The notes under the pieces: generated by a model
The model's input: the letters and a program-made list of their open reading frames with translations, nothing else
Told to the model about the DNA's origin: nothing
Databases searched by the model: none
Shown: positions 36,501 to 48,099 of the stretch, in pieces
How positions within the stretch are numbered: the first letter of the stretch is position 1
How the letters are laid out: the number at the start of each line of letters is the position of its first letter
Made by a program: the position numbers and the translations under genes
DNA from: Fimicolochytrium jonesii
Lineage: Eukaryota
Reading direction: 5' to 3'
Assembly (NCBI RefSeq): GCF_025526975.1
Contig: NW_026515676.1
Location: 248,001 to 312,000 of the forward strand
DNA length: 64,000 nt

Positions 36501-39309
36501 TCAAACCCCACTCTGCCAAAACCTATTACTAAATGCATGCTCAACAATGTAATCATGCCCCATCTCATCATACACCGCCCGCGCCACCGCACTCGCCCGG
36601 AAGGTGTCGGCACGGGCCCACTGCGCGGCGCCCTTCCAGGCATCGAGCAACGGATTGGCTGCGCGACGGACGTTGATGGTGGATCCGAAGGGTTGTAGGG
36701 CGCGGAGCTCGGCTTCGATGCGTTCCGTAAGGTTGGGGAGGAGGGCGTTCCCGCCGGTTACTATTACGTTCTGTGTGGACGGTATTATTGTGTGATGGTA
36801 TGAAGTGAGTGAGTGGATCCGACGGGAGGAAGAAATCTATGGCAAACTCACCTGCATCATGCTCTGTCGCTGTGCAGCCGTAAACCTTTTCAGCACCTCA
36901 TCACAAATCTCAACAATCCCCGCTTGATCAAGCCCCACAATCGACGGCTGAAACAATACCTCCGGCACCCTTATCCGCTCCACATTGAGGTGAATCTGGT
37001 TCTGGATCGCCGGTTCAGTAAGATCGACCGGATGCGTGCCGTGAGTTAACCGGTACATAATCGACTCGCTGAACGGTCTACCGTCCTCGAACGGATCCTC
37101 TTCCACGAAATCCGGGTCATGTTGGAGTAGTAGCTCGTCAAGTTTAGTCAATTGCGCGACGTCACCGTCTTCATCCGAGTCATCTTCCTTGCTAATCGAG
37201 CGGTACACGCCCCAATCATCGTCATCGGCGCCGAAGGTGTCCTCGCTGTTCCCCGCGCGTCGACTCTTACTCGGCGTATCTTCCGCCGCCAAGGACGCTA
37301 GCGTGCGCATTCGCAGTTTCGACTCCCGGCTACGTCGGTCGTTCAGTTTCGCTTTCCGTCGTCGCCGCTCTCGCATCCGTGCCAGTAACGCCTGTCTCGC
37401 GTTTCGACGGTCCTCAAGCCACCCTTGGGGATTTTGCACCCGTCGTTCTTCATCCAATCGCAGGTCTTCGGCTTCTTTCGCTATTTCTTCTTCCTTCGCT
37501 ATCCGCACACGTTCACGTGCGTCCCATCCGGCTTTGAGGAGACGCTGTTTCTTCTTTTCCCTTTTCTGATCGGGGGTCAAATCGTCGTCTGGTACGCCGA
37601 GGAGTGGAAAGGTTGGGACAACCTTCTCTTCTGGCTCTTCGATCCCCAGCATGCGGTTTCGCGACTTTCTGATTGCGGTCTCGATCTTTTTCGTCTCGGA
37701 TTGTAGTTCTGCCTCCGAATGGAAGCCGGCATCGTGCATGCGTCTCTATGAGAAGTGAGGAACGTTAGCGGGTCGGCTTCGCCCAAAAACACAAGATCTG
37801 GACGTACCCTGAACTCTGAACCGGTCTCGGTCAACTTCGATTCCATCAATTGTTTCAAGTCGCCAAGATACTCCTCTTTCTCCTTCAGCTGGGGATGTTT
37901 TCATCGTGTCAGTTTGGGCTGCATCCGGGAACCCTTACTGTAGGTGCTCACGCAACACCCACCTTCTCCTCGCGCATCCTCGCAGCCTGCTCCTGCAGTC
38001 TATGGCCCTGCTCCCTTCGTTTCTGCGTCAACAGCTCGGCTTCTTCCGCGCCAAGCTCTGGTCTCTGTATTGAGGGTGCCATTCCATTAAGCTCGCACGC
38101 CACATCAACAGACGTACGCACGACGTCAAATCAGCCAAACCTTTGCTTGAAACGGAAACTGCACGATGCGGGTTTGCGCATTGAGGGTTTCAGGATAACT
38201 CAAGGCTTTCAGGTCCGAAGCATAATCGAGTGATACGTAGGCATGTTCGTGCACGAGGTCCTGCGTGGGGAGGTCATTAGCACACAAAGATCTGGTGTGC
38301 TGGGTTCGAACTTCAGGATTCGTACCTGGCATTGCTCAGGCGATACACGATGCGGAAACGCTGAGTACTTATACTGCAGTAGCTGCAGCATGTACCCGGG
38401 GAAGTCCTGTCCTCCGTAGGACAATCTGGGATTGTTGAGCTAGTGAGCCTTTCCACATCCACTATTCAGGCCAACGCACCATAACGTTTCGCATACCGTT
38501 TGCAGTGCTCCACAACCCCCTTCCCTTCAAGAATCGGTATCACACTCGTTCCGTGGTGGCTCGATGAGACCACCATACCCGCGTCCATCGATCCCGTGTT
38601 CGCGTAGTAGCTGAAAAGCGAGTCGATGCCGTAGGACACCGCTGGGACATTGTAGCATTCGAATAGAAGTTCTGAAACGCCTATTGCTCGGTCAGCGCAC
38701 TTGTCGGTCCGTCTTCCGAAACATGGCCCTCTTAACCCACTCACATCGCCGACTATGAACCGGGTTGCACAGCGTTTCCGTCATCAACACCGGATGGCGT
38801 ACCGAGTCCGTATCGATTCCCAGTTTCATAAACACGTAATCTAGGGTTTGTTCCTTTAGGTCAAATCAATGGCTATCCTCCAAGATATTCCGCCGTATAC
38901 GGAGCAGGGCCGCCCGTTGCTCACCAAAGTGTTTGGATTGGCTACAACACCGTTCTCGAAGGCCGTTTTGCTACTCGCACGCTGAGCCGCTATGACGACA
39001 TCGTTTCCTACTAGGATACCGGAGTCCGCCTTCGCCGACTTGCTCCCTCTGTACTTCGCTATTATATTCTCGAACTGCACTGACATGGGAGCCAATGTCA
39101 GCCGCGAATGTCGACCGCGAACATGGCGTGATCTACTCACATCGCGGCTCCGTATCCGACGCCCAACCAGCTCTTAAATGGCTGGACCCATTGTCTATCA
39201 CGATGGGAACGTCTGTGTTCCGGAATTCTTCGTATTCGTAGGATGGCGTCTCTGGAGGAGGAGGGGGGTCGGGAGCGAGAAAGACCTTTGGTGGAATTGG
39301 TCCTGCCAT
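36501..39309 (-). CDS. ARP5: Actin-related protein 5 (INO80 complex)
   Basis: PIVIDNGSSHLRAGW, ELLFECYNVPAVSYGIDSLFSY, EKKKQRLLKAGWDARER, EDTFGADDDDWGVYR, QIHLNVERIRVPEVLFQPSIVGLDQAG, DAWKGAA, EHAFSN. Confidence 0.96.
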
Positions 39310-39488
39310 TACGGACATCGAGGGAGATGCTTCGCACAGTGAAGGGGAAACTATGCAAACACTTCTAAGGCTGATTACTTGGGAAACTGTCTTGTCCCGA
39401 CTTCAAGTCTGCAGTAGGCTGCAGTACAGTACATACAGTACCTCCCGACGCTCCCGTGCACCTGAACTATTGGCGTTCAGTATTCAGC

Positions 39489-39516
39489 GCCGGAAGGGCC
39501 GGAAGCTGGCCGGAAG
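39489..39516. promoter_or_regulatory. Triple GCCGGAAG motif in the ARP5/SEN2 divergent promoter
   Basis: GCCGGAAG at 39489, 39498 and 39509, midway between divergent ATGs 39309 and 39731. Confidence 0.4.
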
Positions 39517-39730
39517 TGTGCGCTGCCCATCTTGCAAAGTCTTCCCCTCCCTATTGCAAGCAGGGAAGCATATTCCTGCAGGCGGCCTCTCTTGCTCCCC
39601 TCACTGACACTACACTCATACTGCACTCCAAGCATCGCGGGAGATCCTACATCAGCAGCTCAGAACCCCATAGCCCACAGTGATCCCGGGGCGTTCGCGT
39701 TCTCTCCATTCTCCAGAAAAACAGAACACA

Positions 39731-41017
39731 ATGTCCACGAACAACCCATCACCCCCTCCCCCCGCACCCCCCCCAACCATCCCGGCAACCCCACCGCAGT
39801 CAAAACGCCTCACAAAACGCACCGACCGCCGGCTTTACACCAACTCCCTCCCCCTCATCCTCCCCCACGCCCCCTCGTCCTCCCCCCACGTCTCACCATT
39901 CACTTTCCTCACCACCCTCTTCGCCACCTTACCGCCCGCCCCACCATACAAAGCAACCCTCGACTCCACCGGCTGCATCCACGTATCCCCCCACGACACG
40001 GACCGGGCGCGGAGATGGGAACAACGCGTGGGGGTGAGGACGACTATGCGGTTGGTTAAGGGAGATGGGGACGTGGGAGGCGGGAGGAGGATACCTGCGC
40101 TGGGGCTGTGGTATGGCGGGTTCTTTGGGAAGGCGACGTTGTCGAGGGGGGAGATGACGTGGTGGGAGAGGGCGTGGGAGGCTGTCGGGGATGCTGCGAA
40201 TGATGATGGAGGCGGAGGGGAGGGGCCACGGCAGTTACGATTAGGCCATGTTCCACGCGCGATTGCTGGGGAGAGTCTGGCAACGAAGCGGTTAGCGGCG
40301 GCAAGACGGGCGGTGGGTCCACAAGCGGGATCGAAAACGGATGATGCTGATGAGGTTGATGACGACGACGGCGGTGGTGATGCGGAGGTAGACCCCTGGG
40401 ACATCACACTCGGCTCCGACCCGGAAAACCACCAACTCATGCCCGAAGAAGCCTTCTTCCTCGCTCACGGCCTCGGGATCCTCGGGATCATCTCATCACT
40501 CTCATCACCCTCCCTCTCCCCCCACCTCACTCCCCAGGCCCTCTGGACCGCCCTCCGCGCCCCCACCCTGACCATCCCCTCACCCCCCTCGCCCCCGACC
40601 CTGTCACCCTCCGACTTTGCCTTAACCTACACAGCCTACCACCACTACAAATCCCGCGGCTGGGTCGTCAAATCCGGCATCAAATTCGGCACCCATTTCG
40701 TCCTCTACCGCCGCGGCCCTATCTTCCGACACGCCGAGTATGCGGTTGTCGTCGTTCCCACCCTCCTCACACATGATCACACCACACCCCCGGATACATC
40801 ATGCGTTCCCCAACCGGTGGTACCACAAACGACGTGGCGGCAGACGCTAACGCTCTCCCGCGTGCTCGCGCAGGTGAACAAGAGCGTGCTGCTGTGTTAT
40901 GTAGGCGTGCCTGCGGATATGCGCGCGGAGGACCTGGGGGATCCGAGTGTCGTGCGCCGGTTGAGCGTGTGGGATGTGGCCATGCGGAGGTGGGTGCCTA
41001 GTCGGACTAGGGGGTAG
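39731..41017 (+). CDS. SEN2: tRNA-splicing endonuclease catalytic subunit Sen2
   Basis: LWYGGFFGKATLSRGE.TW, ENHQLMPEEAFFL, YTAYHHYKSRGWVVKSGIKFGTHFVLYRRGPIFRHAEYAV, RVLAQVNK, RRWVPSRTR. Confidence 0.95.
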   Translation: MSTNNPSPPPPAPPPTIPATPPQSKRLTKRTDRRLYTNSLPLILPHAPSSSPHVSPFTFLTTLFATLPPAPPYKATLDSTGCIHVSPHDTDRARRWEQRVGVRTTMRLVKGDGDVGGGRRIPALGLWYGGFFGKATLSRGEMTWWERAWEAVGDAANDDGGGGEGPRQLRLGHVPRAIAGESLATKRLAAARRAVGPQAGSKTDDADEVDDDDGGGDAEVDPWDITLGSDPENHQLMPEEAFFLAHGLGILGIISSLSSPSLSPHLTPQALWTALRAPTLTIPSPPSPPTLSPSDFALTYTAYHHYKSRGWVVKSGIKFGTHFVLYRRGPIFRHAEYAVVVVPTLLTHDHTTPPDTSCVPQPVVPQTTWRQTLTLSRVLAQVNKSVLLCYVGVPADMRAEDLGDPSVVRRLSVWDVAMRRWVPSRTRG

Positions 41018-41574
41018 ATGCACGCAGGGCGTATGCATGTTTATAAACTTTTGGGTGTGAAGATATGGACGTATATGGATGTGGGATGGGGCGATGCGCG
41101 CGAAAGGGAATTGGGAGCGTTGGATGTATTATATGATACAAGCCGAGAGCATGCTCCAAGTAATGGCCCTGAATGACTCCTACGTACTGTACATTATACA
41201 GTCCCTCATCCAGCTCATACAGTACGTACAGTACAGTACACCAGTTTTTGGGAATCCAAACCTGGTCTGAATCCTGCAGTACGTTCAGAGCGCGCCCCCT
41301 CTGTGACACATGCGTCAAAGTGCGCGTGCACGTTGTTCGCCAATCAAGGTGCGCCGCCATGCGGAGTGGCCCGTCACATTGAAGTTGCAATTCGAAAGGA
41401 AAGCCGTCGAACATCGCAGCATCTCGCCCGCTGACTCGCGATCCCGCCACAGCAGCGCGCATACATACGGTACAGCTATCGAACGACGCTTTTGAAAGGA
41501 CCGACCGCCGGAAAAAGCCAGGGACCCTTCTTGAAGAGCACGCCCGCCGCATACTTCTTTAAAGCACTGCAGTC

Positions 41575-42631
41575 ATGGCACTGGTAGGTAACCTTACCCG
41601 CTTCGCTTGTCATCCTCATCCTCTGTCTGAGACACCAAGCTTAACGTGAAGACACTTCCCATATGTGTAGGATCTGAAAAGCATACCAAAGGAGTTTGTC
41701 GCGACCGCCGACTTTCTGCGGAGCGGGGATGCGAAGCTGACGTTGAAACAGGGCACGCTTGATGGGAGGCGGGTAGATTTCTTCAAAGGTATGGGGGGAT
41801 GGATATTGGGCGGTTGTGTGAGGAGGGGCGGGGGTGAAATAGGAGGAAGGGGTAGTGAAGAGGGGGGTCATCAACGGCTTGGTGGATACGTGGAACCATT
41901 CTGCTAATAGAACGTCTATCAAATCCAGGCAAACACGCCGTAAACGCCCTTCTCCGCAAACCCTCCCCCAAACGCCCAACCGTCACCTCCCGCCCGACCG
42001 CCGAATCCCACCTCTCCGAACTCCACCGCAACGGCCTCTTTATCCAAGTGGACCGCTCCTCCAAACCCACAAAGCCCACCACCCCCGGCGGCGGGCCGCC
42101 CCCCATCCCACTCCAACTCTCCCAGCCGCAAGCACCCTTCTCGCCGGATCATTACTACGCTTGGGTCTACGAGGGGTCGCAGCTCAAGGGCATATTGATT
42201 GGAACGGGCGTGTTGGCGGTGACGTTTGCGGGGGTGATGTTCCCGTTATGGCCGGCGTCGTTGCGTCAGGGGGTGTATTACCTGTCGTTGGGGCTGTTGG
42301 GGCTGATGGGGCTGTTTATGGTGTTGGTGCTGTTTAGGATGGTGCTTTGGTTGGTGTTGAAGGCGGGGACGGGGAGGGATGGGTGGTTGTATCCCAATTT
42401 GTTTGCGGATGTGGGCGTTGTGGAGAGCTTTACGCCGGTTTGGGGGTGAGTTGAGCGATTTGGGGGGTCTGGCGCCTCTTCATTCCGTACAGTGACATTG
42501 ACATTATATCCCTCCTCCACTTTGTCAGCTGGGAAGACGTCAAACCGAAAAAGAAGCGCTCAAAAGCCGTCAAGGAGGCGGTCGGCAGCAGCGACGGGGA
42601 CGGAGATGGGAATGTCGACCATGAGGATTAG
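41575..42631 (+). CDS. SEC62: ER translocation protein Sec62
   Basis: ADFLRS..LKQGTLDGRRVDFFK, YYAWVYEG, VMFPLWP..LRQGVYYLS, GWLYPNLFADVGVVESFTPVW. Confidence 0.95.
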
Positions 42632-42842
42632 ATTTCAACACATCACATTACCTCCTACACCCTTAAACCTGCCATGCCGACACTCGCATTGAACCTTACA
42701 CAGTGGTAAAATGCACCCACCCGCCCATGTCGTTTTGATTGGCCCTCCGACCAATAGCTACCGCCACCGATGACCTACCGGATGTTTTTGTACAAATGCA
42801 TATAACAAACACGAAATGAGAAGCTTTCAGGGTTCTTGGGCT

Positions 42843-43352
42843 TCATAGAAGGTAGTTTGGGTAGGATGCGCATCGGCCCTCATTGATTCCCACGCCGGCG
42901 TGATGGTCATGGGCGCCTATGTATCGGTCCGCTTTCACCTGGTCGAGAGTCTTCCTGTAAACGCAGAAGGAACAATCAGTAAAATTTCTTTTTGGACATA
43001 CGAACAAAGAAGGTGCGGATGCGGGTCCGAAGGATCGCGGATGTGGGCATTCGCGTTTTCCGGTCGGTAGCAAGTCATCGAGAATTTTCCTTGGAGTGAA
43101 GTGATCGTTTTCCTCGAACAAATCTCTAAACCTGTGCCATACGCTTCTTCGGATGCTCTCGACGACGACCGCCAGCGGCATCGTCGAGGTACGGTTGAGG
43201 AGTATCGGTGGCGTTGCGTCGCCACTGCTTGGCGGGCTTGGCTCTTCTTCTTTCTTGGTTTCGATGGTGTTGCCCGTTCCGCCGATCTGGATGTTGGTGC
43301 CTTCGATGTTGATGATTATGGTTGATTCGCTTCGACGCTTTCCAGAGCACAT
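42843..43352 (-). CDS. Hypothetical protein fragment
   Basis: 169-aa ORF with an internal GT-AG intron-like segment. No recognisable domain and no clear start. Confidence 0.25.
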   Translation of the reverse strand: MCSGKRRSESTIIINIEGTNIQIGGTGNTIETKKEEEPSPPSSGDATPPILLNRTSTMPLAVVVESIRRSVWHRFRDLFEENDHFTPRKILDDLLPTGKRECPHPRSFGPASAPSLFVCPKRNFTDCSFCVYRKTLDQVKADRYIGAHDHHAGVGINEGRCASYPNYLL

Positions 43353-43414
43353 CGGGCCCTAGCCGACCCAAGCGTGGCGTTCATTGACCGGAATCTCAGA
43401 CCAAGTGTTAGGCA

Positions 43415-43569
43415 GGAATCACCGCCTGCCAGGGCGCAGAAAACCATCGCCTGCCATGGCGCAAAAGGAGCTCCCGCCCGCAAAGAGCACCCCTTTTTGC
43501 GCCATGGCAGACGGTGATTTTTTCGCCATGGCAGACGGTGATTTTTGCGCCCTGGCAGACGGTGATTCC
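43415..43569. repeat. 155-bp foldback element built from ~24-bp subrepeats
   Basis: Left arm GGAATCACCGCCTGCCAGGGCGCAGAAAACCATCGCCTGCCATGGCGCAAAAGG is the near reverse complement of three tandem TTTTT(G)CGCC(A/C)TGGCAGACGGTGA units ending GATTCC. Confidence 0.8.
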
Positions 43570-44587
43570 AACTCCGCCGTATGGGTCGGCAGGATTCTGG
43601 ATGACGGCACCATCGTGCACTCGGTCCACACGCTATCCGGTGTCACACTGCATGCTGAAAGCCGTTCATCGCTTCGGGATGCTGTTGAGACCCTCGAAAA
43701 GAGTTCGAGTTGGTCGTCGCTTCTCTTCGCTTCTCATAACGCCGATTTTCACCGAGCTGTCCCGGGGGTCGATATTTCGTCACTGTGGCATTGACAATGT
43801 CGTGATACACTCCGCGACAAGGCGGCCCCTGGCGGCTCGCTGGTAGTTCCAACCTGGTTCCAGTCCTCGTGCGTGTCGTCGATTCGTGCAGGCCCTCAGT
43901 TGAAAAGGTCAACGAAATCGCTTATGGGAAATCGCTTATCGCAGCATCCTAACTATATAAAAGTGATTGAGTTATCAGTCTCACTTGCTTACCAGAAATA
44001 AACGGCCCCTTTTCGTTCTTTCGCTTCGAGGCTTTGGCTATTTCGTTCATGTTAGAGACTTACGGGGCGGGTCGTGGGGAAATGTGTACGCGTAAACCAC
44101 TTGGAGGGAGGATACTATCGGATCATGGTCGATGGCTGGTCGAGATGTGTCCACGGCAGAGCGGCAGCTCGTAGTCGTAAGCGTTTCATGGACTGAGAGA
44201 GTCGAGAGGGCTTCGAGTTTCATGGCCCATGTTCACAATTTTTCTGCCTCCTGCGTGGACTTTGAAACCTATGATCACCGATTGCCTTTGATACCCCGAG
44301 CAACGACTTCCGCTCCCGCTTCCATTGAAATGAAAGTCTGGCCGTAAACGCATCCCGTACGTTGCCCTTCGGAAAAATCCAGCAGCAAGGAAATACAGCC
44401 TAGAAAAGGTGGACCAATCACGATCACCCCAGTTTCAGAAAACCAGCGCCGCCGACTCATTCCCTGGGCTGCGCTCCTTGTCCCTCTTATCGTTCTTTGG
44501 CCGCGAATTCACAAGTAGTTTCCTACGGAAAGGAAGTTCCACACGGTACACATTATACCCTGAGTTACAGTAGCCGACGCAACCGAG

Positions 44588-44971
44588 ATGAGCAACGGAC
44601 AGGTGAGGGTGCATTGCTGGGCTTGGTTCCCTCCTTGTCCTGCTTTCGATATGATACGCATGAAGAACCCATGTCAACCGTAGGTCACCATCCTGTACTT
44701 CGCCTCAGCAAGGGACGCAACAAAGACCTCCCAAGAAACGCTCTCTATCGACTCCCTTCGAACAGCAGGCGGCGCTCAAGTCTCGATACCAGACCTCATC
44801 ACCGCGCTCAAAGCGCGCCATCCGGCTCTCCAACTCATCTTTACGACCGCGATAGTGGCGGTCAATAACGCATATGTGGACAGAGACGGGCGGAGCGTAG
44901 ATTCGGGCGACATCGTGGCTGTCAAGGCGGGAGATGAGATTGCTGTTATACCGCCCGTTAGCGGTGGATGA
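44588..44971 (+). CDS. MOCS2A: Molybdopterin synthase sulfur-carrier subunit (MoaD/ThiS fold)
   Basis: MSNGQ|intron 44603-44683|VTILYFASARDAT..VAVNNAYV..VKAGDEIAVIPPVSGG* with the C-terminal di-glycine. Not listed in the ORF track. Confidence 0.93.
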
Positions 44972-45214
44972 AGCAAATTTCCAAGTTCTACGCTTTGGCG
45001 GTGCTGGGCTATATGTGCAAACTTTCGCTTCGGATATGTGGAAGATATGCGGAAAGCGTGGGTCAGATTGGAGATGCGACAGGAGGGTTGGAACTCAGAA
45101 GGGGGTGTCTGGGCGGCAGGTGACAGGACAATGGTGCTGGAGAGGTGAGGATAGGTGGTCGATCATTTGGAGGGGAATGGAAAGCCTTAGCTCGCAGCGA
45201 TTTTCGATGAGTTC

Positions 45215-47520
45215 TCAAATCGCTCCAGGGAAATCACCTCGGCCAGACAACGGGCCCAGCGAAACATAGTGACACCAAAGTGAACTGCACCTTTGCAGAG
45301 TGGGGTCAATCTGCGGATGGGCGGGATGAGGTGGCTTCTCCATGTCAGCAACTTGGAGCACCTCTTCGCTGAGGTGACGCTGCTCGGCGAGCTCGATCCA
45401 CTGCGCTTTCAGCTCGACCGTGATTAGCTTTACTTGGTGTAGAAATCGGAGTTTGCTGAGTAGAGGCCGGGGCTTCAAAAAGGCGCCGTACTTGGGTGTT
45501 CTTCGGCTGAGCTTGGGAGGGTCGGCCGCCGGCTGATTTAACCTGCGGGGTGGTGAGTTGGCTGAGATTCGCAGGATGGTTGGGGTTGGGATTCGCCGGG
45601 GGGTTGGGATTCGCCGATTCGGATAGCTCGCGGTGTCGGGCAAGTTGTGACTGTGCTTCAAAAAAGTCGTCGTATTTTAAATGGTCATCTAAACCGAATT
45701 GATTGTCCATGTCGAGGCCGTTTGGAGTAGGTGGTAGGGGCCCATGAGTATTGCCCTCCTGTGTCAGATCACTATTCTCTTCAGTTCCCTCGGCAAGCTC
45801 TCTAGCACGGTGGATGAGCTCAGCTTTGGGCCCTTTTTTCGGTAGTGTTTCCGTAGTGTTGGCGGCAGGGTGCAAGGGGACCTGTTTGCGGCGAGGAGCA
45901 GGGTTGCTTTGCGAAGCCATTCCTAAAAATAGCTTAGTCGTTGGTGGTTGGTGATTTGTCGAGCGTCGGTGAAGGTTGCCTCAGGGTCTTCAACGAGGTC
46001 CAGCGCTCAGCAGCCACTGCCAATAAATCGGAGTCAATCGGAGTTGATTACGCGACTTGTCCGATTTTCCCCACTTACCGCCCAACTTTTCGTCCAACCT
46101 GGCAGCATCTTCAGGCAAGTTCGGGTGGACATTTCAGTGGGGGCTCTCGGCAGGGTGGTTTCCTACACGGGAGGAGAGTTATGACCCGACTTCTGGTGAA
46201 TGGAGTGTGGTGATGTTCCGTGCGTTTTCGCCGTTCTGTCTCGGTCTCCCGCGCCTTACCCGTACGAGTTTACGGCCTTCAGCGCGAACTTACAGCCTTC
46301 AGCGCAGCCGTCCGAAGCGAGGGTTGTGCCGAGATTGTGCGGGTTCGATTTCGTCAGCGCGTCTCGTAAGCGCATGACTAAGCATGCGTCCAGTGCAAAA
46401 CGCGTCGGGAATACGCGTTGGAGAACGTTGCCGTGCGAGCATTCCGGAGTCCAGACTCCTTGCAACTTACAGGTGTCCTCCCCAGCGGTTCAAAAATGTA
46501 AAGGAATAGCTACATATATAAATATACGTGTACCGTAGGTATGCCTGAATAGTAGCATCTTTTTGTGGTGCCAACGAATATGGCAAAGGGAGGGTCTCAT
46601 CAGAGGCACAGGCCCATCCATCCTTCCTCCGACCCAGGCCGCTAGGCGGAGTGCTGCAATCACGAACTTGCGGGGACGCTGGGGGGCTTGAATCCTCATT
46701 CACTTGCCTCTCTAGCACCATTATCACCCAAAAGTAGACTTGGGGAGCGGCCGATACAGGGAAGGAAAAACGACTCGCTTGAAAAAAAGAGAAATTTGTT
46801 TAGATAGTCCTCCTTTGACATCCGCTCACCGTCGATTTTCAGGATGGTCGGGGCGGATTTTGCATGTGGTTGTGTTAGGCCGCACGAGGGGAGCCGTTAT
46901 GCGACCTATTACAGTGGCACTGGTTTTGAGCTGCAAGTGCTTCGACTTGTGCGTAGAGGCGCATCGGCCGTTGCTAGATCGGTAGCAGATGGGATGTCCT
47001 GCATGCACTGCAAGCTGCCATCCTCATCGAGTGTTACAAACGGGGGTATGGACGGAGGATTTGAGCTTTCTGCCGACGCTCCTCGGAATGGCGAATGCTC
47101 CTCGGAAGGCGGCGCTCCTCGGAATGGCGGATGCTCGGACGAGGAGCTTGCGAATTCTCGGACGAGGAGCTTGCAAATGCTCGGACGAGAGGATTCACTC
47201 CTGGGAATGGCGGCGCTCCTCGGAATGGCGAATGCTCGGACGGGAGAAATTCGCTTCTGGGAATGGCGAATGCTTGGTTCCAGTCTCCGCCGCACCGCAG
47301 TTGTATAGTTTGGACCTGCGGAAGTCTGCGGAGATCCAGCCGATCCTCTTGAGGCCAGTTGCCGCCTTCTTGACGGTCCGAGTTCCCCATGTCTCACTTC
47401 CATTGCGTACAATGCGCGCGAGCCTCCATTCCGTACAATGCTCGCAAGGGCATTCTGGTGTCTCCGCCCTTTGAATGTTTGATACCAGTCGCTGTCGTTC
47501 ACTGACTACTCGTGCCAAGG
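45215..47520 (-). other. Degenerate, probably TE-derived sequence with broken ORFs and internal repeats
   Basis: Frame-switching ORFs (45345-45920 and 45215-45661; 47195-47518 with PCEHC) and CGCTCCTCGGAATGGCG repeats at about 47078-47275. No catalytic domain recognised. Confidence 0.3.
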
Positions 47521-47584
47521 TCTCGTATCATACTCGCCCGCAGTCGCGCCGACGGCGCTCCGGCGGCACTCTCTTCCAGAGAGT

Positions 47585-47814
47585 GCCGGACAGTCCAACG
47601 TACACGACACTCCAACGCACTTTTCTAAGAACAACAAAATCCTAACCCTAACCCTAACCGTAACCCTATTACATAAGGTCCTCCTTTCAATGCAGTCAAA
47701 CCACTGCGAGGCCGCCCCAATGCAGTCAGCCTCAAGCGAGTGATGGCAAGGTGTCGTTTAAGAAATCCACAATGAAAAGTGCGTTGGAGTGTCGTGTGCG
47801 TTGGACTGTCCGGC
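47585..47814. mobile_element. 230-bp MITE with 41-bp TIRs, 3-bp AGT target duplication and internal (CCCTAA)n
   Basis: GCCGGACAGTCCAACGTACACGACACTCCAACGCACTTTTC (47585-47625) against 47774-47814 with one mismatch. AGT at 47582-47584 and 47815-47817. Telomeric repeats at 47641-47668. Confidence 0.88.
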
Positions 47815-48099
47815 AGTGGGCACCACGCAGCGCGGGAAGTACCGGGTCGAGAATGATACGAGACCTTTGGCACGGGTAGGGACTTCCAGCGCGCGCCATC
47901 ATCATCCCCTTCCCTCAAGTAACGCCCCACCCTCGGCTCACTACGAACAAGTCATTGAAGTGTGTGCCTTGTGTGCAGTACAGTCAGGGCGGTTATCGAA
48001 TCTCTCTATCTCTATCGAATATAAGTTACCAGCACGGAACACTGACGCCTGGAATCTAGTCGAAACGTAGTCATCCTTAGCCATGTTCACAAAGCGTGG

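Noticed and set aside
47641..47668. True telomere or chromosome fusion scar
   Set aside because: Short, imperfect, in a single orientation, and enclosed by TIRs with a TSD.
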